Position numbers and translations under genes: made by a program. A stretch of DNA of 64,000 nucleotides from Tetramitus jugosus (taxonomy: Eukaryota; Protista; Heterolobosea), in NCBI GenBank assembly GCA_937625935.1, contig OW569361.1, positions 1 to 64,000 of the forward strand, written 5' to 3'. Each line of letters begins with the position of its first letter. Position 1 is the first letter of the stretch. The notes under the pieces are model-generated. The model was not told the origin of the DNA and did not search any database. It was given only the letters and a program-made list of their open reading frames with translations. This document shows, in pieces, positions 44,471-54,857 of this stretch.

Positions 44471-47400
44471 TTATGCTACCAAAGGAACTTCCTCCATGTC
44501 TGTTTCCTCGACACTACCAGCATAGAACAATAGACATGCATGTCTGCCTTCAACTGTGGCCAAATTAAAGAAACGAGAAACCCATGATGGTGGTTGACCG
44601 TAAACGAGCTTGTTCGAGCCAGGGTGGTACTTTCCAGTTTCAAGGACTCGAATCGAGTCCTTGCCATTAAATCTGCTTGCGAGTTCTGCAAACTTGGTTG
44701 CATTAAGTGGACTGAAGCGCTTGAGGAGAGACGGTATCGTGGAACATATCTGCATTGTCTGTACCAGATAGTAGAGTGTAGGCAAACCACTCGCAGCAAC
44801 AAGTCTTGGATGAGATGACGCAGACAACAGTGATGAGCACTGGTTGGCCAGGAATTGTTCAAAAATATCAAACTCACCATAGAAACTAGCATTGACAGAA
44901 AAGTGAGCAAACACTTGGGCTGTATGATGGTAGTGGTGCAATTTCATGATTCGTTCCATGCTCGAGTTTTGAGATCTACTCTTGATTTGTGTCTTGTTAA
45001 GTAGTAACCAGTTGTGTAAAAAAGTTGGCATAAACACCTGGAACAAGTACTGAATTCCGCTCTTTCCTGCTGTAATGCCAAGCACTAAGGCACTAATCTC
45101 GGCAATGAAAACTGGTTCTTGAATGTCATCATCTTCTTTCTGTATGTGAGATGATAAGTAATTCACAATAAAGTGAATAAACTGACGAATACCGCCAATA
45201 CGTAGCACTGTTTGCAGAATTTCAAAACTGTTGGGTGGGGAGCTGTTTGACCTATGGCGTGAGCCAAATATCGTTGATGGAAGATTCGCAGATCGTCTGT
45301 GACTGATCAAGTTTGAGAATGCTCGTTCAAATGCTTGTAGTATTGGTGTGGAGTCACAAGTAGACTTTGTGACCAAATCATGTATCTCGTTTCCTAATTT
45401 ATGGTTCGTGTTCGGCAATAGAATATTGTAGACAAGCAAAGGGTCAGTAGATGGAGTTTCGACAATTGGGAGAGAGGTCGTGGTATGCGACAGTTGATAC
45501 TTGAGGGTTTTGCGTGTCGTCGTGTATTCGTCCTGCAGTAACCGATGTAAGAATATATTTAACTGTGGATCGTAGTCTCGGATAATCGGTTCCACGTCTG
45601 TATCTTGAATATTCTTATTGACGAAATGGATGTTAGATTGGAGGATAGAGTGAATGATACTACTGCCCATATTGTATCCAAATTGGTGAGAGCTCCACAC
45701 GTTGCTCGAATACATTTGAGTAACCAGCGTGACACCGTTAGCACTGTCTGGTGAATCAGTCTTCTTAAAAACTCTGTGAAGACTATTCTTCAATGAGACT
45801 GAAACTGAAATATCACAATACTTGCCAAAAAAGTTGACAAAGAATCCAAGCATTTGTGTACTGACCAATGCGTTCATATCTCGCTCGCTGTACACATATT
45901 GACACTGCTCAACGACGTATGGGGTCACCTCCAGTATTTGGCACGGTGAAAAGCGCGATTTAATATCTTGCAGCTTGTCAAAATTTAAAGTAGTCGTTTG
46001 AGGATCAGGATTAGCATCCGAAGGTAATTGTTGTGTTTGCAAGTCCAAAAGTGCAGCAATCAGCTCATCACCAATAGGACATAATGATTCATCTGATTGA
46101 GTGTTGCCCTCTGGAAGCATGTCCAACTCGTGGAACCATCCGTTTATCCAATTGATTACCCTTGATAAAGACTCCTGAGCATCATTGATATCCGAGCACA
46201 TGTTAACTTTGAGCAGATTGAAAAACAATTCTCTACTTTGCTTGTTGGTAATGATCTGAAAGCGTTGTATAATTAAAAATAAGACGCTGAATATTTCTGA
46301 AAATTGTTCGTGTAGTTTCAGTAAAGCATCCGTCTCGCGCTCTGCAGATCCATGATATCCCTCGAATATTGTCTTAAATGACGCTAAAAGTTTTTCAATT
46401 AAATCCAGAGTTTTGCCATGAAGGTGAATCACGTCAAGCAATGTTGGACTCAAGCAAATGAAGTTCAGGAGAATATCCCTGTGCGTAGGACTTGATACAT
46501 TGGAAACAATCTGATCAACGATACCATGGTGAGCTCGGAACAGCAAAACACTCTCTGAAAGGATGGTAATATCTAACGATTCGGCAAAAGTATTGATGAG
46601 TTTGGCAGCCTCCCCTTCGATGGATGGAAGCTGGAGATTCTCAGGTATTAACATATTCAGGGTATTCACACTTATGAGTTCAAAATCTACCAATGCATAG
46701 GCAAATTGTAAAAGAACATTTTCGATGGTACTTCCCTGGGATAATAAATAAAGGTTGGGAAATTGTTTCAATCGCTTAATGCAGTCAGTAATATGATCAA
46801 CGGGTACATTGTCCTCTTCTCCCTTTGCAGAAATCGATCTTATGAAACTATAGTACATTTTTTTGTCGTCAGAATATGTGTCAATCCAGCGCTTGAACAA
46901 AAGAGGCACCTTTGACAGCAAAAAGCTTTTGTACAGGTTGAGAGTGATCAGATTATGAGTATCCACAAAGTCAAGTGTCTCCTTGTTGGGAGCAGATGTT
47001 GGCACTGAATGCATAATCCGTAATGTACATAGGACAAGTTCGACAAAAAAGTTCGTCAGGTTCATCTGCTTCAATTGTCTCAATTGATCAAATATTTGAA
47101 ATGATGTTTCGATGCAAGTGCGCTTTAAATCATTCGTAAATACTTCCGCGTTAACTATCAGAGATATAGAGGCAGAAGCAGGTGATCTCATATTCGAGAC
47201 GACTGTCTTAGGAACAAAATCTTGAGGTTGATATGCGCTATTATCTGCACAGGACAAGTAACTTAAAAGATATAGTGTCGTATTCCACAATTGATTCATA
47301 TATGAGACAAGTTGCTGAGAGCTCACTTGTGGACGCTGTAAAACTAGATCAAATGTCGTTATAAATTCTTCTTCCAGACACTGTTTTGTCATAAGCCACA

Positions 47401-48710
47401 ATTGAGACTGAATTGCCCTAGAAGCACGTATCAATAGTTGAATTCGCTCATTATTGAACAGTTTACTCAACAGTTGAGCACACTGTGCTAGATTTTTCAT
47501 AAGATCTTCGGTTTTCAATTGATTCACGAGAGATTTCATGAGATTACTATCGTCACTGTCCTTTTGTGAATCAACTACTTCTGTTTGTTCAGTTGCTGTT
47601 GTCGTTTGTGAATGAGCAATCTCCCGTGCAGCAAATATTGAATACTTCATGAGCATCAAGACACAAACATTCACATTGTTGGTTAACAATGTCATTTCCC
47701 TATCAAGATTAACAGTACTGTCATTTGTTGTTTGCTGTTCGTCAGTGACCTCATACTTCATTCTTTTAGCACTGTGTTCATCAGTGATTTCATCCCCCTT
47801 TTCCTCGCTAGTCTCCTCTGAAGTTCGCTTTCTCTTGTTGCTTCGATTGCTCAGAGTTGTTGGTACTGAATAGTCTATTGTACTATCGACTTCTGTCCAA
47901 TCGGAATGTTGTGTCCCTTGGAACGAAACAACAAATTGCTTGACAAGTGCAGGAGAAGATTCGACAACACCATTGCCCGAAGCATCCGAAGCAGCAGGAA
48001 AAGTTCGATTCAACTCTTCACCATCATGTTGTTGCTCAAGTGATTTTTGATATACCAATTGTTTCAATAAATCACTGCTCCACAATTGAGGTGCAATGAG
48101 CTCAAACATGTGAATATAATCTGAGAACAGGGCATTGTTTTTCATAAAATTGTACAATCGTTGTTGATCACGACCACTATTGTTATTATTGCTATTCACT
48201 TCAAGAAACTGTTGATACAATGTTTGACAAAATGCGGAGACCGAGATGAGTCGAGTAGCAAGTGCATGCTTCAAATAATCAATCAAGAGGGAACTTGATT
48301 TTGGACCAATGGATATCCTTGGAATGAGAATCTCTATGATACATAATGGTTAACAGAGAGGATGAAATGTTAGAGTTTTGATGATGAAATTTTTGATAAT
48401 CAGAAAAAAACAACCAAGATTGGGCAAAATGACACATACGTGATAGAATGAGTTCATGAGTGGGTAAAAGTTGTTGCGTATAATGATCCAATGAGTGTTG
48501 TTGTTGATGTTGTTGAGTAATGATCCATTGATACACTTGATTACAGAATTGATTGGGTGTCAGTCGATTCTGCCACGATGTGTTGACAATGTGATTCAAC
48601 TCTTGTTTGATTTGATTAAGGTTGGAAAACGATTTTTCTTGATCTTCATCGTCACTCTGACTGTTGTTGTTCAAGTCAATGTTTCGATCACGTGAATTGA
48701 TATTTGTCAT
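44471..48710 (-). CDS. Mediator tail subunit Med5/MED24-like, 2 exons
   Basis: Intron 48439-48334 joins IVNTSWQNRLTPNQF... to IGPKSSSLLIDYLKHAL, resembling the MED24/Med5 N-terminal signature. Long helical protein. Confidence 0.65.
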
Positions 48711-48890
48711 TTTGAGGAATGGTTTGTTTGGTTGATTTTCTTGTTGTTGATGGATGTTTTTGATCAGAGCTTTTGTGGTGACATGCGTTGTGATCGAAAC
48801 TTTTTTCCTTGGCTTCGTTCCCAATAGGATTTTGGCGGCAAAGCTTTCAGGCAAAAAAAAATAGGATTTGGCGATCTGAATGCGGAGTTT

Positions 48891-49871
48891 TTATTCAAGC
48901 AGAGAATTGAGAACGTCTTCTGGCACTTCGTCCCAAGTCTTGCACATGACGAGTTGACAGTAGCACTCCTCGAATCCTGGAATACCAAAGCTCTTGTCTT
49001 CCATTACGGAGCGAAGAGCTTGAACAGGTTCGTTCGTTCTTGGATCCACTGCGTCGACCATTCTCTTTGTTCTCTTCATGAAGGAACCATACTTGAAGCT
49101 GGCTGGGCAATCGAGCTCCCAAGATACACCCTTCTCTTCCTGAAGCTTCTCCATGGACTGTCTTGCAGTGAGCTTGTACAACTGCTTCGCCGAGTAGTAC
49201 TTTCTAGAGAGATTCATTCTGGAGTTTCTAACAGAGTCATAGTTGGATCTCCACTTGATGTTATTCAAACAGTCCATGTCATTATCTACATTGAAGACAC
49301 GAGCATCGAAATGTGCTGTACCAGCGTTCAACACCTTCATTACTCGATCATACTTTTCAGTTTTATCCTTGGTGAATGTTTGTCCGTCTTGTGCCATCTT
49401 GAGACACCAATAGGTAAATCTCGCAGTACAAAAGCTAGATGCCAGCGTAGCCATCTTCAAGATACGACCACCAAACACAATCGTCTTGTTCTGTTTTTGC
49501 TTTTCGCCTTGTTCTTCTTCGTCTTGGCTTGCATCAGTGTCGATTGCAGGGAACACGAGTGTAATCTCATCCGATTGAGTGTAACCCAACACAGCGTCTG
49601 TGAATTGCATGGCCATGAGATCCTTGGTGACTTGAACCATGATGGAGTGCAGACCGTCATCGAATGGCTTGTTGAAGGATGATGCAAAGGTGCTAAACTT
49701 GTGTCCGTCCAGTCGGATGAGGAATGGTCTCTTGGGGTCCAACTTTGCCATGGTGAGTGCGTCTTGTTCGAATTGCTTCATTCTTGTTGCAATGTCCAAG
49801 TACATTTGACCTGGCTTGACCAGGTTATCGTTTTCAGTTACAGTGGTTTGATTATCTGTGGTAGTAGTCAT
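48891..49871 (-). CDS. Thg1-like protein (tRNA-His guanylyltransferase / 3'-5' polymerase family)
   Basis: RMKQFE, IRLDGHKF, KPFD, YTQSDEI, FGGRILK, FDARV, WRxxDSVRNS and FKYG. Confidence 0.93.
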   Translation of the reverse strand: MTTTTDNQTTVTENDNLVKPGQMYLDIATRMKQFEQDALTMAKLDPKRPFLIRLDGHKFSTFASSFNKPFDDGLHSIMVQVTKDLMAMQFTDAVLGYTQSDEITLVFPAIDTDASQDEEEQGEKQKQNKTIVFGGRILKMATLASSFCTARFTYWCLKMAQDGQTFTKDKTEKYDRVMKVLNAGTAHFDARVFNVDNDMDCLNNIKWRSNYDSVRNSRMNLSRKYYSAKQLYKLTARQSMEKLQEEKGVSWELDCPASFKYGSFMKRTKRMVDAVDPRTNEPVQALRSVMEDKSFGIPGFEECYCQLVMCKTWDEVPEDVLNSLLE

Positions 49872-50134
49872 TGTTGTGCGTTTCGTTGTTTTGTTGTTTG
49901 TGAAAGATTGGTGCTTTTAACTTCTTCTTTTGTCCAACTTCAAACGGGTGCAAATCAATCAACGCACAAGCGAACATGATAAAGAAGTCGGGACAGTGAA
50001 GTTCTTTGTCTGACGGATGACGGCAGTCTTCGAACGAAATCAATTGACCCTCAATATCGGGTTTTCGAAGCCTCTTGCCGTCGCCAAATCCAATTTCGTT
50101 TTCTTCCATTTTTCCATTTCCAAATACAATTTCG

Positions 50135-51441
50135 TTTTTTTTTTTTGTTCCATACAACCAAGTGTGCGCAAGCACACGATTGCTCATTTATTGACTTGTT
50201 TTGTGAGTGACGACCCGTAGGGCGTCATTCACTCTTCTTCTCTTGTTGTCCCCGACGGTGCACCTACAGGTTGGAAGAATCACTCAGGTGAGTGTTTTGG
50301 TTGATGCTCTTCATCAAAGAGCGTAACCTTGTAGTAGGACCGCCGATGGACACAGAGCCATCTGTTGTTTTTTTCTTGTCTTGGGCCTTGTTGCTCCTCA
50401 GATCACCCAGTGTGATCCTGGCACTCCTTTTCTTGTTGTCATTGAGTTGTGGACTCTGAATCTCCTTTTCGGAGTCATCATCCACATCCACAATGACTGG
50501 TTCGTCCTCAGTCAAACCATACCTTTTGCGTGCACTGGCCAGTGCCAATGCAGCAATTTCCTTCTTCACTCTGGCAAACACTGGAGAAGTGGCATTCACT
50601 TTCTCCAGGATTTGCTGATTTTCAGTGCTGAGCTGTGCAACAGGCACTGTTGGCAGTGGTGTTGCACTCCTTTGTTCTTCTGCCTCCATTAGATCAGGAG
50701 CAGTTCTTTGTGCAACTTCTTGTTCCGGTATTGGAACCGGTTTGTTGCCCTCTCGACCCTTTGTCTTAGCCAATTCCTTGGTGAGTTCTGTGACCTGTCG
50801 ACGCAGTCCGTCAACCACCGTCAGCAGCTCCTCGTACATCTTTGTCAACCTCTTGTTGACAGCCTTGAGAGGATCATGTGGTCTCTCGACGTATCGAGTG
50901 ACCGTGGCCTTTACCTTGTTCTCTCCGCTGAGCACTGCTTGTGCATAGGTTTCATCACCCATGACCACGAAAGCAGTGTCACGCTTCTTGAGCACACTGG
51001 CGACCTTTTCAGGTCCCAGTAGCTTCTTGATGTCGTCCACTGACATGTTCTTCATGCCATGGACGACCACCTTTCTTGTGCAATCAACACTGCGCTTGGG
51101 TGCAGCAGTGCTATTGCCAATCCTCCTTTGCTTGTTGAACAAATCAACAAAGTCATAGATGCGGTCACCCTTGACCGTCACCCATGCAACAAAGCGTTGC
51201 TGGCCTTTCCTTTTGATGACTTGGACTCGGTTGAGCCAGTCACCAAACTCCTCTCCAATCTTTCTTGCCAAAGATGACTGAGAGACGCCATTACCGTTGC
51301 CAGTAATGACGACCTCTCTGTCACTTGGCCTCGTGCCTTTCCGTGCAGTGGTCCACACTGCATAACGGCTGTGGCCGTATTCCTTCACCAAATTTGTTGA
51401 ATCACCAGACATGTGATTCCGTTTTTTTCTGCGTTTTTTTT
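50135..51441 (-). mobile_element. ORF1-only poly(A) non-LTR retroelement (earlier insertion upstream of tRNA-Ile)
   Basis: A12 tail (T 50135-50146), 3' end TGGTTGTAT, AATAAA (50187-50192) and an intact ORF1. 14-bp TSD CAAATACAATTTCG at 50121-50134 and 52735-52748. Confidence 0.88.
50264..51412 (-). CDS. Retrotransposon ORF1-like protein (two RRM-like folds + coiled coil)
   Basis: REVVITG...FVAWVTV and RKVVVHGM..SVDDIKKLL..TAFVVM, then a heptad segment LTKMYEELLTVVDGLRRQVTELTKEL. Lies inside the TSD-flanked poly(A) element. Confidence 0.78.
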   Translation of the reverse strand: MSGDSTNLVKEYGHSRYAVWTTARKGTRPSDREVVITGNGNGVSQSSLARKIGEEFGDWLNRVQVIKRKGQQRFVAWVTVKGDRIYDFVDLFNKQRRIGNSTAAPKRSVDCTRKVVVHGMKNMSVDDIKKLLGPEKVASVLKKRDTAFVVMGDETYAQAVLSGENKVKATVTRYVERPHDPLKAVNKRLTKMYEELLTVVDGLRRQVTELTKELAKTKGREGNKPVPIPEQEVAQRTAPDLMEAEEQRSATPLPTVPVAQLSTENQQILEKVNATSPVFARVKKEIAALALASARKRYGLTEDEPVIVDVDDDSEKEIQSPQLNDNKKRSARITLGDLRSNKAQDKKKTTDGSVSIGGPTTRLRSLMKSINQNTHLSDSSNL

Positions 51442-51444
51442 CAA

Positions 51445-52722
51445 TTTTTTTTTTTTTTTTTTAATACAACCATTTCGGTTGCTCACTTTATTCTCAATAC
51501 ATTTTCATCAGCCATCGCTCTTTGAGCGATGGCTCTTGGTCGTCTGATTAATTCCCAATGACGCTCGCAGAGCGTCATTGCTGTTGTTTCGCTTTTGTTG
51601 CGGTGAAGAGGTGAAGGAGAGTCGTGAGACATCTCCGTTTCACCCCATTCACAAAGGTTCTTGCTTTCTTACCGGCTTCTGTTGTTTTGATCCCAGTCGC
51701 TACCAGTCCGTTGGTGACCTCTTCGATGGCGTTTGTTTCTATGCCCATCATACCCTTCAGAAATTCTCTACTCGTCCGTCGCAAAGGACGCCTTTCCATC
51801 TTGCCATCCTTCAGTCGCACATTATCGAACCATATGTCGATACAGGACACACCCATGCTGGTAAGCTCCTTACTGACTGTCAAGGCTAGACATCTTCTAG
51901 CATACACAGCCCTTGGGCATCGAATGAGGCAGTGCAGCACACTTTCGGGTTCTTTGTTACACCAGACACACATTGAGGGCTCGGTGCCAGTGTTATAAAG
52001 ACACCGAACAACTTCCTCCGTGTGGAGAGTACCACTTCTGACCTGAAGCTGGAACCATTCCAGCCTTCTGTCAACAACGTATGGGTACTTGAGAAAGCTG
52101 AAGTCTGCGCCGCTGTAGTTGGCATCTTGTTGAATCCACCAACGCTCGCTCTTCTCTACACGTGCATTTCTCTCCTGATCAAACAGGGACTGCAGGTGTT
52201 CTCTACTCTCGACTCTGAGGTTACCCTTGTACAGAGCAGGTTCATTTTTAGTGGAGCTTTGGCTAATGGGACACTGACAGGTCCTCATTTGCGCAATCAA
52301 AATGTTCAGTATTTGGTGCGACTTTGCACCTATCCTACATGTTGGGAATAGTTTCCTGAATTCTTTGAAACAGATGGGATGTTCCTCTACAAGCAGTTGA
52401 TTGCGGCTGACTATACCTGAGAGGTAGAGTTTTTTGAGGATGGTGGATGGTACGTACCTTGCCAACCTACACTCATCACACTGCGTAGTTGTATCTACAG
52501 TTAATCTGATCCCATGTGCGTGCATCCTGATGGCACACCACTTGTGGTAAGTTGACACGACATTCTCGAGTCTGTTGCTTGACTGAAATACATTCTCTTG
52601 TTGGAATGTTTGGTGGAGCTTGATGTCCTCAAGCGTGTCAAGGAACAGCCTACGAGCTTCAGTGTCTCTCTTACCGTTGATCATTGAGAACACAAACCAT
52701 CCAGTCTGCGTCGCAATTGTCT
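51445..52722 (-). mobile_element. 5'-truncated non-LTR retrotransposon (ORF2 3' part; later insertion)
   Basis: A18 tail (T 51445-51462), TGGTTGTAT end and AATAAA (51487-51492). 15-bp TSD TGCGTTTTTTTTCAA at 51430-51444 and 52723-52737. Confidence 0.9.
51575..52722 (-). pseudogene. ORF2 C-terminal fragment with zf-RVT zinc finger
   Basis: CVWCNKEPESVLHCLIRCPRA (CX2C..ES..H.LIxC) preceded by LQVRSGTLHT. The frame is open right up to the truncation point, with no RT or endonuclease core retained. Confidence 0.85.
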
Positions 52723-52777
52723 TGCGTTTTTTTTCAAATACAATTTCGATCGTTTGCAGTCAAAGAAGAAACAGGAA

Positions 52778-52850
52778 GGTCGTTTAGCTCAGTCGGTAGA
52801 GCGTTGGTCTAATAAGCCATTGGTCGCAGGTTCGATCCCTGCAACGACCA
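52778..52850 (+). tRNA. tRNA-Ile (AAT)
   Basis: GGTCGTTTAGCTCAGTCGGTAGAGCGTTGGTCT-AAT-AAGCCATTGGTCGCAGGTTCGATCCCTGCAACGACCA, with a T5 terminator at 52854. Confidence 0.97.
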
Positions 52851-52936
52851 CACTTTTTCTTCCTGCTCTGCTTGTTTCCCGCCAAGAAAGCGTTTTGCCC
52901 CTGTACGTTGACAATTCCAAGAAGCAGAAGCAAAGA

Positions 52937-54810
52937 ATGAACGGTACAAATGATGTGTTAAAGCTGCAAGAGCTTTTGCAGTTAATGAGAACAGATAATG
53001 ATCTCTATCGCAAGAATTTTGACAAGGTTAGTTCTAACTTGTCCCCCGAGTTCGTTTCGCACCATGTGCTGACACCACCCTACCAATTACATCTAACCTC
53101 ATGCAGTTGAAACTAGAGTACATTGAGCTTCAAAACTTTTACAATGAACAACATTTGAGGTGGAGGTCTCAATTAGAAAGCAAAACTGCAGAGTTCGAAG
53201 TGTTGCGAAAACAGATGGACCGAGAGTCACAGGAAGTGGAGGCAATGAAGGTTAAGTTAGTAGAAGAGTTGGAGATTAGACAAAGATTGGAGAAAGATAT
53301 AGCTGAATCTGACAAGTTTCGAAACATGTACAATGACCTTCGAAGAACATTTGAACTCGCCAAATCTGATCAATCCCTGCAGGTGGATGCACTTCAAAAA
53401 CAGATGAATGAGATGAGAAGTGAGAAAGATGTAAAGATAGCTGAACTTCAAGAAAAGTTGCAAGACACAAAGAGAATGATGTCGACGCATAAGCATGCCG
53501 AAACAGTGCGTGCACTTGAGAAAGAGAATGAACAGCTCAACATTAAAGCAAAACAACTGCTGAATGAGTTGAATGATGTACGAGAAGAGAAGTCCAAGGT
53601 ATTGGCACAGAAAGAACAGGCATCAATCATTCAATCTCAGCAGTACGCACAGTTGATAACCAAGAGTCAATCATTAGAGTCAGAAAATGAACGTTATCGC
53701 AAAAAGATTTCGAGGATGACAGAGGAGATTGAAGATTTTGGAAGGCAAAGCAACAGGATGCACGATACAATCATCAAACTAGAGAAGGAGGTTGTTCAAT
53801 TGAAACACCAGCTCGAAGAACAACAATTGTCTTTCAATTCAGAGAGATCTACTTTGAAAGCAAATTGTGATCAGAGAGACAGAGAATCAGAGCGAGAAAG
53901 ACAGAGCTTAAGGAACCAAGTATCTGAGCTTAATAATCGGTTAGAGAGTTTGCAAAAACAAAAACAAGAATTACAAGGACAAATCATGGATGCAAGATCT
54001 GAACTGACTGAGAAGACGAGAAAGTCACTTCATGAGACCAATGAGAAGTACATAAAGTTGGAAAGTCAGAGGAACTCACTCCAAGATCAAATGCTAGAAT
54101 CAGAAAGAAATCATCTGAGTGTTCAACATCAATTGAAGGAGGAAATACAACGGTTACATAAGGAAGTTGAAATCCTCAGAACAACCTGCGAATCAGCTTC
54201 GCTTGAAAGAGACGAGTACAGAGAAAAGTTCAATCTACAGCAAACACAGACCATACCACAGCTTATGAGGGATCTTGAAACTTCTCAATCTCAAACGAAT
54301 CAACAACTGGAGTATCAACTATCTCAACTTACAGCCAAGTACAACAGTTTGAAGCACAAGTCAAACTACCAACTCTTACATCAACTCTCCCTAATCACTT
54401 CAAAGTACAATACCTTAAGAGATAGCTCTCAGAATACCATTTCTAAATACAAGGATCAGAAGAGAAAACTGCAATCCCACGTAGAACAATTGTCATTGTC
54501 ATACTCTAGGACGAAAACTCAATGTGATGTGCAAACAAAACAGATTGCTAAAGCAGAAGAAACAATATCGAAGTTGCAGAATGAGTTATGGCAAGAAAAA
54601 CAAAGCTCCACCCGGAGAACTTCCCAACTTGAAAGAGATGTACAAAAACTACAATTCATGATCGATCAAAAGCAATCTGAAATGATAACTTCAGAACCTA
54701 AGCTCTCAGAGAGCTACAAAGACATATATTCTAATACAGTGAAGCAGATTGAGAACATTGCGGACAGGGTCAGTAAGTTTAGTGACAGCCGCAAGGATAT
54801 CAATAAGTAA
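52937..54810 (+). CDS. Long coiled-coil protein, CEP83/CCDC41-like, 2 exons
   Basis: KLQELL..YRKNFDK|LKLEYIELQ across intron about 53026-53106, then continuous heptad repeats. Confidence 0.6.
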
Positions 54811-54857
54811 TAGAATTGTGTAAAAAGGAAGTGTAAGGTAGATTACAAAAGTTTTTC

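Noticed and set aside
50264-52722. A single retroelement with inverted ORF2-ORF1 order
   Set aside because: An internal poly(A) and a second TSD show two separate insertions, and the mini-element shows the normal ORF1-then-ORF2 order.
48891-52850. Functional link between the Thg1-like gene and the adjacent retroelements/tRNA
   Set aside because: The Thg1-like gene lies outside the TSDs and the tRNA is Ile, not His. Adjacency is explained by gene density.
52754-52936. ORF extensions translating through tRNA genes (LAQSVERW.., also 41316-41678)
   Set aside because: Spurious translations of tRNA sequence.
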